Shown piece after piece: positions 1 to 10,056 of a DNA stretch of 44,556 nucleotides. The position numbers were made by a program, and so were the translations under genes. The notes beneath the pieces are model-generated. The model did no database searches. It was not told the origin of the DNA and worked only from the letters and a program-made list of their open reading frames with translations. Source of the stretch: Silvanigrellaceae bacterium (lineage in GTDB: Bacteria; Bdellovibrionota_B; Oligoflexia; Silvanigrellales; Silvanigrellaceae); the NCBI GenBank assembly GCA_049423385.1, contig JBMSQQ010000018.1, positions 1 to 44,556 of the forward strand. The letters run 5' to 3'. Position 1 is the stretch's first letter. Every line of letters begins with the position of its first letter.

Positions 1-16
1 CCCGTTTCCCGCTCCA
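1..16 (+). tRNA. 3' end (T-stem 3' side, acceptor stem, CCA) of a tRNA truncated by the window edge, probably tRNA-Gly
   Basis: CCCGTTTCCCGCTCCA matches the typical bacterial tRNA-Gly 3' end (..TCGTTTCCCGCTCCA; U73 discriminator + CCA). The anticodon lies outside the window. Confidence 0.7.
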
Positions 17-349
17 ATTTCAATTCTACACCTCTAAAGAGATGAATGGCTTTTCACCTTGCCTGTTCGGTGAACACGACGGCGCAAGGCAAATATCAAA
101 ATAATGCTTGAGGGTGTTAAGAAAGTTCCAAGACAATCATTCTGGAACAAACTTCCTGTAAACCCACAAGATATCGAAATTGCATCCCTATTCAATATTT
201 TTTGAAAGTAAAGTTTTTCACCAATGGCGAGTCTCTTTCAGATTTCTCAGCACTATCCTGCAATTGAGTCACGATAGTTCTCTATCCGGGATTTTTTTTT
301 TGGCGTACCCTCGGCCTATATTGCAGAGACAACCTGGAGCATTGACCCA

Positions 350-652
350 ATGGCACTCAAACATATTGTTGCTAAGCAAATAAAAACTGTCCGCCTTCAG
401 ATGGGTCTGACTCAAGCAGAGCTGGCTCGCCGGGCAGGAATTTCCATCCGCTACCTATCACGTCTTGAGACGGAACCACAAAATCTGTCTCTGGATGTCC
501 TTGAGGAGATTGCCAAGGCCTTGAGAATGTCTCCGTCAGACTTGCTGACGCTCCAGAAAACAAAGAGAGCAGAGGACAATTCACCGGAGGCTCTGATTAT
601 GGAAGCACAGAGACTGCTCGATCTTGCGGGTCATTCACTGAAGTCCCGTTGA
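350..652 (+). CDS. XRE-family (HTH_3) transcriptional regulator
   Basis: IKTVRLQMGLTQAELARRAGISIRYLSRLE..NLSLDVLEEIAKAL is a Cro/C1-type HTH; GGAG upstream. Confidence 0.9.
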   Translation: MALKHIVAKQIKTVRLQMGLTQAELARRAGISIRYLSRLETEPQNLSLDVLEEIAKALRMSPSDLLTLQKTKRAEDNSPEALIMEAQRLLDLAGHSLKSR

Positions 653-675
653 AAGCAACGTAAATCGCGCTCTGC

Positions 676-981
676 TCAATGGCCTGCCAGATCGTCTGCC
701 GAATTACCATGTCGAGTGACCAGAACCAGCGACTCACCCTGTTCGGATGCCAATTCCAACAAATCCCCCGGCATAAAAATATCGTCCGACAAAAATTGAT
801 CGACGAAGAAAGTAATCACGGCATCAACTCGACCACGATAGGTGGTCACACCCGCCACAGGTACGCGTCCGTCCCCCTGCCAAAGCTCTCCATTGGTTGG
901 TCTGTGACCATTCGTATGGACCGATTGCAGAACATTTTCTTCTTTCAATTTGAGAGTGAAAATTCTCTCCCTTCGCCCCAT
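676..981 (-). CDS. Small hypothetical protein (101 aa)
   Basis: Strong SD (AAAGGGAG, 6 nt before ATG); convergent with the XRE gene; family not recognised. Confidence 0.55.
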   Translation of the reverse strand: MGRRERIFTLKLKEENVLQSVHTNGHRPTNGELWQGDGRVPVAGVTTYRGRVDAVITFFVDQFLSDDIFMPGDLLELASEQGESLVLVTRHGNSADDLAGH

Positions 982-1190
982 CTGATACTCCCTTTGACAA
1001 TGACAGGAAGCCTAAACCCGAAATTTGGGAAAGTTGAGTTCGAACCTTCAATCCTTTTCTTTCGGTAAGAAATGACCGGTCATCCAACTTGTAGTGTGCT
1101 TTACGATGTGGCATTCGGAAATTCGAGGCGCGCTGCTGCCGAAGATGTGAATGCAATAGTTTTCCAGGAGAAATAAGGAACAACTAACTC

Positions 1191-2438
1191 ATGATTACAG
1201 TAAAACCCTGGGCCGATTCACTTCGACCGACAGTGAACACAATTGAACAGCTCCAGGGGCCTGCGAAACGAATCTGGGAACGCGACCTCAATCGTTGGCG
1301 TGATGGGCACCGTGCACACCTTGTCTTTTGGGGTCCCCCCGGTTGCGGCAAGACAACCCTCGCACTTCTCCTCTGTGAATCTCAGCAGGGTCTCCCCCTT
1401 CGGAAATTGTCCGCAGTTCGTGATGGTGCTTCGGAAATCAAGAAAGCCATCGACTCCATAGCCGGTGGAGGAATTCTTTTTATCGATGAAATTCACCGCC
1501 TGACCCGGCCTCAGCAAGATATTCTTTTACCGACTCTCGAATCGGGAGATTGTTGGCTTGTTGCCGCGACGACTGAAAACCCCGCCGCGGTTTTGAGTCC
1601 AGCACTGTTGAGCCGAATCCGCACCCTTCGAGTGCATCCTCTTGGCGAAGCCGAACTTCACAATCTGCTTATCCAGTCGCTTGAGCAGCTCGACCTGAAT
1701 CAGCAGAAGAATTTGTCGGACGACAAAAGACTACGTATGGCTGAAAAGTGGTTACCACTTGTCGCAAAAAGAGCGGATGGAGACGCGCGCCTCGCACTGA
1801 ACATTTTGGATGGGTTATTGCAGTGCGAAGATGAAATTGCCGAAAGTGATTTGCTGACTGGGCAACTCAAGGCATGGACCAGCAAAACGCACCATGACTA
1901 CGCGAGCGCAATGATTAAAAGCATGCGTGGGTCCGACCCCGATGCTGCATTGTTCTATGCCAATGCAGCTCTTGAATCGGGCGAAAATCCTGCTTTTCTC
2001 CTCCGAAGGTGCATTATCTTTGCCAGCGAAGATATCGGAAACGCAGACCCACAGGCACTTCGAATTGCGATTGCGTGCGCCGAAGCGTTCGAAAAAGTCG
2101 GCATGCCTGAGGGACGTTACGCAATTGCACAGACTGTGTGCTACCTGTCATCCACTGCCAAAAGCAATAGACTTCTCCGCGCCCTGAATACGGTTTCCGA
2201 ATGGTGGAACAAGGCATCAAGCACACCCCGGTTCGTTGCGCCGCCATCCCACCTTATTTTGAAGGGTCACGAGAAATACCGATACCCTCACAATTATCCG
2301 CAAAGTTTCGTTCGTGAGCAGTATCTTCCTGACGAAATCGAAAAATATCGCCAAACCTCGGGACCTGCCTATTTGCCGTCTGACGAAGGACTTGAAGTCC
2401 GCCTCAAGGAGCGGCTCAAGTCACTCTGGAACAGGTGA
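1191..2438 (+). CDS. rarA: Replication-associated recombination protein A (RarA/MgsA AAA+ ATPase)
   Basis: Walker A GPPGCGKT, Walker B FIDEIHR, ATTENP, SAMIKSMRGSDPDAA, ASEDIGNADP, YRYPHNYP. Confidence 0.95.
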   Translation: MITVKPWADSLRPTVNTIEQLQGPAKRIWERDLNRWRDGHRAHLVFWGPPGCGKTTLALLLCESQQGLPLRKLSAVRDGASEIKKAIDSIAGGGILFIDEIHRLTRPQQDILLPTLESGDCWLVAATTENPAAVLSPALLSRIRTLRVHPLGEAELHNLLIQSLEQLDLNQQKNLSDDKRLRMAEKWLPLVAKRADGDARLALNILDGLLQCEDEIAESDLLTGQLKAWTSKTHHDYASAMIKSMRGSDPDAALFYANAALESGENPAFLLRRCIIFASEDIGNADPQALRIAIACAEAFEKVGMPEGRYAIAQTVCYLSSTAKSNRLLRALNTVSEWWNKASSTPRFVAPPSHLILKGHEKYRYPHNYPQSFVREQYLPDEIEKYRQTSGPAYLPSDEGLEVRLKERLKSLWNR

Positions 2439-2581
2439 GAAAAAGTGGAGGCCACAAACAAAAATCATACTCGCCCATTTTTAATGCGAAAAGCGTCCGA
2501 TCATTTTGACTTTTGAGTCGTTTGACCATTAAATAAATTTCCGGGGCCATCCCCAGATTCACTCCACGGAGACTTCTTGTC

Positions 2582-3436
2582 ATGGCGTTGCGGAAAAACT
2601 CGCTTGCTGGCGTGCTCGCTGTCTCCGCGCTCCTTGCCAGCTCAAGTGCATCTGCTGGTGGCAACAAATTCAGGGAATATTTGGCGCTGGATTCCAATCT
2701 GAACATTCCACTCACATGGCTGCACCCGGAATCGACTGCGACTCATCCAAGGGCTCTTGTGATTCTTCAACATGGCATGATGCGCAACGCAGAAAAAATG
2801 ATGGCGTTGGCTCAATCACTCGTCGAACGGAATATCGAGGTCGTGCTTCCCGGAATCACCGACACGCAGGCAATGGATCCACTTTTTCCGGAATTGTTCG
2901 CCAACGCATTCGACAAGAAGCAAGTCGATCCTGCAGGTCGCTCATTGCCAAACAAAATCCTGATGGCAGGCTTCTCAGCCGGTGCTAGATTTTTGTCCCA
3001 CGTGGCCGGTCTCCTGCAAAACAAGCAACGTGACATTCGCGGCGTGGTTTTGATGGATCCTGTGATTGGACTTTTGCCCGAGCAGCAACTGGGCCCACGT
3101 TTGCCGATTCCCTATTTTACAATTCTTGCCAAACCCAGCCGCTGCAATTCGGATGGAAATGCATTCCCATTGTTTGAATCTGGACAATTCGAAACTCAGG
3201 GCTTTCGCCTCAAAACGGCAAGCCATTGCGATTTCGAAGGTAAATCTTCCGACCCGCTTTGCTACGTGTTTTGTGGTTCCTCACCACGTGAAAATTCAGA
3301 AGTCATCAGAACTTTTGTAACAGAGTGGATTTCGGGTCTCGTGGACTCAGAAAAGCCTCACATCGATTATCTTCCCGGTGGGAAAATATTCACATTCTGG
3401 CAGAACCAAGGCCTTTTCGATTCAATCTTCAAATGA
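2582..3436 (+). CDS. Secreted alpha/beta hydrolase
   Basis: Signal peptide (..ASSSASA), HG oxyanion motif (LQHG), nucleophile elbow GFSAG, MDPV, SHCDFE His motif. Confidence 0.8.
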   Translation: MALRKNSLAGVLAVSALLASSSASAGGNKFREYLALDSNLNIPLTWLHPESTATHPRALVILQHGMMRNAEKMMALAQSLVERNIEVVLPGITDTQAMDPLFPELFANAFDKKQVDPAGRSLPNKILMAGFSAGARFLSHVAGLLQNKQRDIRGVVLMDPVIGLLPEQQLGPRLPIPYFTILAKPSRCNSDGNAFPLFESGQFETQGFRLKTASHCDFEGKSSDPLCYVFCGSSPRENSEVIRTFVTEWISGLVDSEKPHIDYLPGGKIFTFWQNQGLFDSIFK

Positions 3437-3483
3437 TTCCTTATTCTGGAGAACAGGAAATTCTGGGCCAGCCGCGTCATTCC

Positions 3484-4275
3484 TTATAGACCCTCCTCAG
3501 GATAGCGGTGGAATGGTCCACCAAATAATTCTCTTGTCAACAATGTATTGTCGATACGCTTTGAACTTGAATTTGTATCCAGATTTGAAAACGGATTGAG
3601 TTCAGGTTCTATCATCCCGTGTTTCTTAAGCTGCTCCAACAATTCACTCCAAAGCCGATGCCGTCCATCGCTGGCATTGATGCGAAGGCCACTCACGGGG
3701 TTTTTGATCCAATTGAAAACAATTTTGGTGACGTCGTCGCGATGTATCAGGTTGATGAAATTTGCGCCTGACTTGATCAACCCACGGCGGAGCCAGTTGC
3801 AGGGATCCCGGCCCGGGCCATAAATTCCCGCCAAGGCGAGTATGCAGCAGCCCCTGCGCCGCAGCTCCTCTTCAGCGCGCACGCGCACCTGCGTCAGATC
3901 CAACTCGAAGCTTTCATCAACCAAGGCCTGTGGGTTTGCAACAACGAAACAAGATGTGCTTGCAAGCACAAGAACCGGAATATTCTTGTCCCTCAGGGTT
4001 GAACAAAATTCCACGGCCATGGCGATATCGGAACCATTCAAAGCAGCAGGAAAGGTCCACACAACGGCGTCTGCAGGACCTACCGAGGACCAAGTTTCTC
4101 GCCGCTGAAGTTCAAAACACAGCGGGGCAGAAACAGATCCATCGCCAGATGAGCTTCCACTGCGGGTTGCGAGGCGCACATCAAAAGTGGCCGCCAAAAC
4201 TTCACACAGAGACTTCCCGACGTAACCGGCACCCAGGATTGCGACATGTTTTCTTGCAGGAAGTTTTTCTGGCAT
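3484..4275 (-). CDS. NAD(P)-dependent epimerase/dehydratase-like atypical SDR (YeeZ-like)
   Basis: ILGAGYVG Rossmann motif, LAGIYGPGR, NLIHRDD, SKRIDN. Confidence 0.8.
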   Translation of the reverse strand: MPEKLPARKHVAILGAGYVGKSLCEVLAATFDVRLATRSGSSSGDGSVSAPLCFELQRRETWSSVGPADAVVWTFPAALNGSDIAMAVEFCSTLRDKNIPVLVLASTSCFVVANPQALVDESFELDLTQVRVRAEEELRRRGCCILALAGIYGPGRDPCNWLRRGLIKSGANFINLIHRDDVTKIVFNWIKNPVSGLRINASDGRHRLWSELLEQLKKHGMIEPELNPFSNLDTNSSSKRIDNTLLTRELFGGPFHRYPEEGL

Positions 4276-4324
4276 GATTTGAACCTCAACTTGAAACTTT
4301 CACACAAACCCATTTGGAGGTCCC

Positions 4325-4840
4325 ATGGAACGCAGAGACACTCTCAAAATGCTCGCAGCAACAACCGGCGCTCTTCTTGCCACCCGGAATTCTCTCGCAT
4401 TGGCAAAAGAAAAAAAAGACGAGAAGCATGAAAAGCATCACGGGCATGGTGGAAAAAAAGCAGAAAAAACCTCCGACAAGAAATCCGAGGCGAGAAGCGA
4501 TGGCAAGGTCTCGTTCGGTGAATTGAACCATGCAGCAGCCCATTGCAACCATGTTGCCCAGATGTGTGCTGGCCATTGCATAAAGCTTGTGAATGACGGG
4601 CAAAAGAACATGATCGACTGCCTGCAATCGACGCTGGAAGTTCAGGCAATGAGCGCGGCTTTGAGCCAATTGGCGGGTTTGCGATCACCTTTGGCGGCTG
4701 CTCAGGCAAAGGCTTGTATTGAAGCTTGTGAAAAGTGCATGAAATCATGCGAACCGCACGTCAATCATCACGAGCAATGCAAGGAATGCTTTGAAGCCTG
4801 CAAAAGCTGTATGGAAGTCTGCAAGGCCTACGTTGGATAA
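4325..4840 (+). CDS. Tat-exported Cys-rich four-helix-bundle copper storage protein (Csp1-like)
   Basis: MERRDTLK twin-arginine signal; 13 Cys mostly in CxxC/CxxxC spacing; His-rich linker; SD GGAGG. Confidence 0.85.
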   Translation: MERRDTLKMLAATTGALLATRNSLALAKEKKDEKHEKHHGHGGKKAEKTSDKKSEARSDGKVSFGELNHAAAHCNHVAQMCAGHCIKLVNDGQKNMIDCLQSTLEVQAMSAALSQLAGLRSPLAAAQAKACIEACEKCMKSCEPHVNHHEQCKECFEACKSCMEVCKAYVG

Positions 4841-4868
4841 AACCAGCGGTTTGTACTCAAGCAAATTT

Positions 4869-6251
4869 TCAAAACCGTTGCGTTCCGCTGGCTTGAGTCA
4901 AAGTCTCAACTGACAAGCTTCCAACCAAAATCTCGATATCATTAATCTTTTTTGCACAACTGGTAAAGTTGCGTGAGCCGTGGGCTGTGACCAGAATATT
5001 GTCTTCAATTCTGATTCCAATCCCGTGCCAGCGGGCGTCCACATTTGCCATTCCCGGTTGAATGTAGATTCCCGGTTCAACGGTCATGCACATGCCAGGT
5101 TCAAGCAGTCGTTCGATATTCTTGATGCGATATCTGCCCACGTCATGCACATCCAGCCCCAACCAGTGTCCCAAACCATGTGGAAAAAACTCCTTGTGCG
5201 TTTTCTTTTCCAGAGTTTCTTCCAGCGATGTTGTTATGATTCCCAGATGAATCAATCCTTCGGCAAGAACCTTGCCGGCAAGGTCATTCAATTCGGTCAA
5301 CTTGACACCCGGACGGATAGCTTCAATCGATTTCAATTGGCTCTCGAGCACAAGTTCATAGATTGCCTTTTGCTCTCCTGAAAACTTTCCGTTCACTGGC
5401 CAGGTGCGGGTGATGTCGGCGGTATAAAAATTGGATTCACATCCCGCGTCAATCAAAAGCAACTCACCATCCGCAAGCTGACTGTTGTTGATGTTGTAAT
5501 GCAGGCAACACGCATTGGCCCCAGCAGCAACAATACTCGGGTAGCCCAATTGGGTTGATCCCGCAAAACGCATGCTCATTTCAAGCAGCGCCTGGATTTG
5601 GAATTCGGACATGCCAGGACGTGTGGCCCGCATTGCAAGTTCATGCGCCCGAGAAGCGATGTCATTTGCGCGTTGGAGCGATTCTATTTCGAGTTCATCC
5701 TTGAACAATCGCAGCTCATGAATCACGTCGCGCACGTTGAGAATCTCGGCACCGTTTCGTCGCAATCTGCTGCCTTGCAAAATCGGACGCAGCACATCGT
5801 AAAATTCAAGTTCCGGGGCTGCATCCCAATAAATGCTGTCGGCGTGCGTCAACCACTCGGGAATCTTTTTTTCGATCTCCGACAAAGGCAGCACGAGGTC
5901 GAAACCCAATTGCTCCTGGGCTCCGGCAACACCCAACATCGGACCATTCCAAAGTTCGGTGAGGGGATCTGATTCACGAATAAAAAGAATCGACTTGTGT
6001 TGCGGGTGCTGTGGAATGAATACCGCCAAGGAATCGGTTTCCGGACAACCTGTGAGATACATGAAATCGCTGTCCTGGCGGAATGCAGCCCGGTAACCTG
6101 CGGGACCCGAATTCGACTTTGCAGAAACGACCAAGGCAATGCCGTTGCCAATCGACTGCATCAGCGCCTCACGACGCTTCCGAAGAATATTCCTTTGATT
6201 TTCCGACAATCCCAAACGACATTCAGGTTTCAATTCCCACCTCCCCGGCAA
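4869..6251 (-). CDS. pepP: Xaa-Pro aminopeptidase (M24B)
   Basis: FRQDSDFMYLTG, LIDAGCE, ADITRTWP, HGLGHWLGLDVHD, TVEPGIY, GIRIEDN. Start uncertain. Confidence 0.95.
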   Translation of the reverse strand: MPGRWELKPECRLGLSENQRNILRKRREALMQSIGNGIALVVSAKSNSGPAGYRAAFRQDSDFMYLTGCPETDSLAVFIPQHPQHKSILFIRESDPLTELWNGPMLGVAGAQEQLGFDLVLPLSEIEKKIPEWLTHADSIYWDAAPELEFYDVLRPILQGSRLRRNGAEILNVRDVIHELRLFKDELEIESLQRANDIASRAHELAMRATRPGMSEFQIQALLEMSMRFAGSTQLGYPSIVAAGANACCLHYNINNSQLADGELLLIDAGCESNFYTADITRTWPVNGKFSGEQKAIYELVLESQLKSIEAIRPGVKLTELNDLAGKVLAEGLIHLGIITTSLEETLEKKTHKEFFPHGLGHWLGLDVHDVGRYRIKNIERLLEPGMCMTVEPGIYIQPGMANVDARWHGIGIRIEDNILVTAHGSRNFTSCAKKINDIEILVGSLSVETLTQASGTQRF

Positions 6252-6304
6252 GGCGCGCTGGCCTTCAGAGGCTAGGTAGCAAAGTTTACCGGACGCTCAA
6301 AGGA

Positions 6305-7057
6305 TTACTGGGCTTGGGATGATGCTTTTGTGGTATCGGGAGCAGCTGCCCCGGTCTTCACGCCCGACTTCGAAGCTGAGGACTCGCCTCCACTCTCTCC
6401 TGCGTCCGGGTCTGCGACTTCATCATTTTGAATAGGCGGAACGGAAGCACCCTGGGAACTCTTTGGATTCCGCTCTTCTGAAGCACTCTTGGTGTACTTA
6501 CCGGGGAACAACGGCGCATCGTTTTCAACTTTTGGCTTGCCAACCTTCGGAACTTCGCTGTTCAGGAGCGGGCGATAGTGGCTCGACTCTTGCACTTCGT
6601 ACTGCGGAGCCAGAATGTGCACGTTGCCATTTGAGTCGATGCGCACGTTGACGCCATCGAGCTGCTGTTCACGAACCGAGCTGATGTTTTTTCCATTCAG
6701 ATAAATCATTCGAGCAGGAAAATCGGTGGTCAATTCACCCACAATGGGTTTTGCCCTGCGGACGGGGAATGACGACATTGCTTCGCGCGAGGCAACCGGT
6801 TGACCAGGCAGTCCTGCAGCCGACATTCTTCCTTGCCGATTGGGCAATGGCATTGAGGTGACTCGCTGAAGTGGTTTTTGTCCGCCAAATCCAAGGAACC
6901 CACCACGGCCTGAATTCAAGGACTCGGTGCTGTCGGTGGCTTGCGCATTTCGGTCGCCACCGTCATTTGTCGAGCCTGACTGCATGTCCTGTGCCCGCGC
7001 TGTTGACATCAAAAGCGTTGTCACAACCAAAATCGTATGGCCAAATGATTTCAACAT
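6305..7057 (-). CDS. Secreted hypothetical protein
   Basis: Signal peptide ending TARA; compact beta-rich core (IYLNGKNISSVREQQLDGVNVRIDSNGNVHILAPQY) flanked by low-complexity sequence. Confidence 0.7.
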   Translation of the reverse strand: MLKSFGHTILVVTTLLMSTARAQDMQSGSTNDGGDRNAQATDSTESLNSGRGGFLGFGGQKPLQRVTSMPLPNRQGRMSAAGLPGQPVASREAMSSFPVRRAKPIVGELTTDFPARMIYLNGKNISSVREQQLDGVNVRIDSNGNVHILAPQYEVQESSHYRPLLNSEVPKVGKPKVENDAPLFPGKYTKSASEERNPKSSQGASVPPIQNDEVADPDAGESGGESSASKSGVKTGAAAPDTTKASSQAQ

Positions 7058-7091
7058 GGGTGCCCCCGATGCCCGTTTTCATCATTTTAGC

Positions 7092-8228
7092 TCAGAGTCC
7101 AGCTTTGTGGGCCTGCATTTTTTGCATCACAAGTTCGCCTATACATGGGGCAAACAGGAATCCGCTTTTGTGAGCGCCAGCGGCCACCCAAAGGGATTTT
7201 CCGACGATGGAATGCATCGCGGGGAGAGACAAGTTCTCAACAAGCAGCTCCCCGTGCCCAAAGCCAAGCCGCATTCCCCAATGAAAGTGGTGGCGAAAAT
7301 CGCCAATTTTCTTGCCAAGAAACTGTTCTGCGACCTCAATCATTCGGATTTTCTGGTTTTCCACGTGTTCAAGGGTCTCTTTCTGGTTTGGAATACTGGC
7401 CAAGCCCAGGTCTCGCAATTTCACGGAAATTGAAGAACAAAAAAGTACCTGATTTGAACCACTGAAAGTTATTTTTCCTGGCTCGCCTGAACTCGAAACC
7501 ACCTCGAAAAGCGAAACTCCTTCCGGAATTTTCCGTCCGGAGGTTTCAATCTCAAGTGTTCCGCCCCATGACCAACGCCGCTTTCCGAAGAAACGATCTT
7601 CTGAAGCCAAGCCCCACGCGGACAATATCCCGGGCGTCCATGCTCCGGCGCAAAGAATCAGGTGATCACAAGATCCGATGTTGGACTTCAATCCGCCAAG
7701 GTCGGTGGCATCGCATTCATCGAAAGCGACCCGCCGCTGACGACACACCTTTTCAAGCAAACCCAAAATATGGCGGGCATCGATCCATGCCTCGTCGCCA
7801 TATTCAATGGCGGTTTCACCAACACGAAAAAGAGACTGGGACTCAAGTTCGCGTTGGATGATTTCCAAGGGTGGCTGGACCACGCGTCGCCACTGTGTAG
7901 AACAGGATTCCTCGTCATCGAAAACATCCCGTCCCTTTGCAGAATGATAAACCAGAGACAACTCTTCGGGATTGGCCAGACCGATTTCCTGCCGGAGCCT
8001 TACAAGCCAGTCATGGTAACGCTTTTTTCCACGAATCTTGAGTTCAAAATGAGGATCGCGGGCAAAGACCTGCGCTTTTGTGGCAAGATTCGCAGCAGCC
8101 GCAGACGACGCCGTTATTCGTTGGGCATTGCTCAAAACACGCACCTGAACTTGCCCCGAGCGGGAGAAAAATTCGGCGATGCTGAGTCCAAGTATCCCTT
8201 TACCGACAACGACAATTTTCATCTTCAA
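7092..8228 (-). CDS. FAD-dependent oxidoreductase (DAO/glycine oxidase family)
   Basis: N-terminal VVGKGILG, ASSAAAA, LCAGAW, C-terminal GAHKSGFLFAP; overlaps the lpxH stop. Confidence 0.8.
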   Translation of the reverse strand: MKMKIVVVGKGILGLSIAEFFSRSGQVQVRVLSNAQRITASSAAAANLATKAQVFARDPHFELKIRGKKRYHDWLVRLRQEIGLANPEELSLVYHSAKGRDVFDDEESCSTQWRRVVQPPLEIIQRELESQSLFRVGETAIEYGDEAWIDARHILGLLEKVCRQRRVAFDECDATDLGGLKSNIGSCDHLILCAGAWTPGILSAWGLASEDRFFGKRRWSWGGTLEIETSGRKIPEGVSLFEVVSSSGEPGKITFSGSNQVLFCSSISVKLRDLGLASIPNQKETLEHVENQKIRMIEVAEQFLGKKIGDFRHHFHWGMRLGFGHGELLVENLSLPAMHSIVGKSLWVAAGAHKSGFLFAPCIGELVMQKMQAHKAGL

Positions 8229-9055
8229 ATATCTTCAGGCTTCTCAATTCCGGGACCAGAAAACCGGATTTTTTTCACATTCGGAACATCACCATCCAGC
8301 CAGTGCCGCTCAATCTGCCCCACTTCCGAAAGGGAGAGCCAACTTGGAGCATCGAACCACGCCGGGCCGCTCAAAAACCTGATGTCGCGCAAATAGTCGT
8401 CGAGATGAACGTGAATGTGTCCCAAAACGCAAATGCTGGGCTGCTGCGACAAATCCTCGACAAACCGATCAACGCAGGTAGTCAAAAATCTAGAATCGAG
8501 TTCACGATAATCATCACGAGATCTGGACAACCTGGCGTACGTCGAGAAAAACGCAGAGGTCAACATTCCTGGCACGGGACTCAACATCGCTTGAAATCCA
8601 TTGGATTTGACAACAGAACGAAATGCCCTGTAACCCTCGGGACAAACAACGTCATCAGAGTGCAACAAAACAACTTGCCCCAAGTTGGAATGATCAGTCT
8701 TGATGACGAAATCACCACATTCAAAGAAACAATTTTTAATTTCCGGACAAGGCGAGTGCTCGAATCCATAGTCATGATTGCCTTCAACAAAGACAACTTT
8801 CACTCCCCGGCTGTCGAGAAGTTCAAAACGTTTCATCACTTCCCGCCACATGCGGTAATAAAATCTCTGACGTGCGTTGATGAAATCAAAAATATCACCC
8901 AACAGCACCAACACGTCGCATTTTATCTCTTTGCCGATCTTGTCCAAAAAACCGCAGAATTTACGAGTCCTGTCATCGTCCGGCGTTCGCATGTGTACGT
9001 CGGAGACGACAACCAGATTATCGCATTCGCCAAGTTCAAGAACTTTGCTTGGCAT
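8225..9055 (-). CDS. lpxH: UDP-2,3-diacylglucosamine diphosphatase (LpxH family)
   Basis: SDVH, LGDIFD, EGNHD, LHSD and GHIH calcineurin-like motifs with LpxH layout. Confidence 0.75.
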   Translation of the reverse strand: MPSKVLELGECDNLVVVSDVHMRTPDDDRTRKFCGFLDKIGKEIKCDVLVLLGDIFDFINARQRFYYRMWREVMKRFELLDSRGVKVVFVEGNHDYGFEHSPCPEIKNCFFECGDFVIKTDHSNLGQVVLLHSDDVVCPEGYRAFRSVVKSNGFQAMLSPVPGMLTSAFFSTYARLSRSRDDYRELDSRFLTTCVDRFVEDLSQQPSICVLGHIHVHLDDYLRDIRFLSGPAWFDAPSWLSLSEVGQIERHWLDGDVPNVKKIRFSGPGIEKPEDI

Positions 9056-9058
9056 TTT

Positions 9059-10042
9059 TCATTGTCCTCTCGTTTGCGTCCAAATGTAGGCCGGCTCTTT
9101 TTCGCCCAACTTGAAAAACTCGTAGCGTTGCTCATTGGGTGTAAAGCGTCCCAACAAGGAGCCATGCGCACTTTCCGCGTATAGACTCTGCCCCGGGATT
9201 GATTCTATAGGGTAAAGGTCGGCCCCACCCCCGCCCGAAACGAACTGTTCAATTTCACAGTTTGCGGTTGAATATTTGCCATGGAGATGCTGAAGACCAT
9301 GGTCGTGCCCGCTGATGTAAACACTTGCACCGCTCTTGCAGTACAAATCAGGCAATGTGAAATGAGAAATTCCCCTGAGCGAGCGATACTTCCCACCCGA
9401 AATAATGGGATGGTGACCGACCAGTATTTTCCAGCGTGAAGCTGATTCCTTCAATTTTTCGATGAGCCAGTCGACGCTGCACAGCGAACTTATTCCGCAG
9501 CGGTCTGAAATTGTGGTGTCTGAAACACCCACCTCAAGAATACTGCCAAACTTCAATGAGTAGAATCTTGCCGGCATGGTCCATCGTCCACCCCGCGTGC
9601 GGGTGTAGGCGATCTGGGCATCCGGATTCCCCCGATAATCATGATTGCCAAGCAATGCGTAGAAACTGATTTTCTTGAGACATTCTCCACTATACATCTG
9701 TTCAAACCGAGTTTCCCACAATGTATCCGACGTCGATTCAACTCCAACATTATAAAAGTTGTCGCCCAGCAGAACAATTCCAGCCGGATCCGCTGCCAAA
9801 CACAATTCTTCCAGTTGCTCCGCCATCTTCTCCTGTGCTGCGCTGCCTGTTCCAGTATCACCCACAAACAAGAGACGCACTTCCTGCTCGTCGTTCATGC
9901 GCCCCATGAGTTCATGAGTGATCACGGTATGAGCGATTGCGTTCCAACCTTGCCAGAAAACCGTGAGGAAAATTGCAACAAAAACAACCCACCAAAATCT
10001 TCGGTTCAAGAGTTTCTTCAGCAGCTTTCGCTTTTTTGCCAT
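9059..10042 (-). CDS. Membrane-anchored/secreted purple acid phosphatase-type metallophosphoesterase
   Basis: N-terminal TM/signal; GDTG, GDNFY, LGNHDY, GHHP, SGHDH. Confidence 0.85.
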   Translation of the reverse strand: MAKKRKLLKKLLNRRFWWVVFVAIFLTVFWQGWNAIAHTVITHELMGRMNDEQEVRLLFVGDTGTGSAAQEKMAEQLEELCLAADPAGIVLLGDNFYNVGVESTSDTLWETRFEQMYSGECLKKISFYALLGNHDYRGNPDAQIAYTRTRGGRWTMPARFYSLKFGSILEVGVSDTTISDRCGISSLCSVDWLIEKLKESASRWKILVGHHPIISGGKYRSLRGISHFTLPDLYCKSGASVYISGHDHGLQHLHGKYSTANCEIEQFVSGGGGADLYPIESIPGQSLYAESAHGSLLGRFTPNEQRYEFFKLGEKEPAYIWTQTRGQ

Positions 10043-10056
10043 TTCAAACCTTCACA

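Noticed and set aside
679..1183. ORFs 679-1068 (+) and 824-1183 (-)
   Set aside because: They overlap the SD-supported 676-981 ORF and have no recognisable features.
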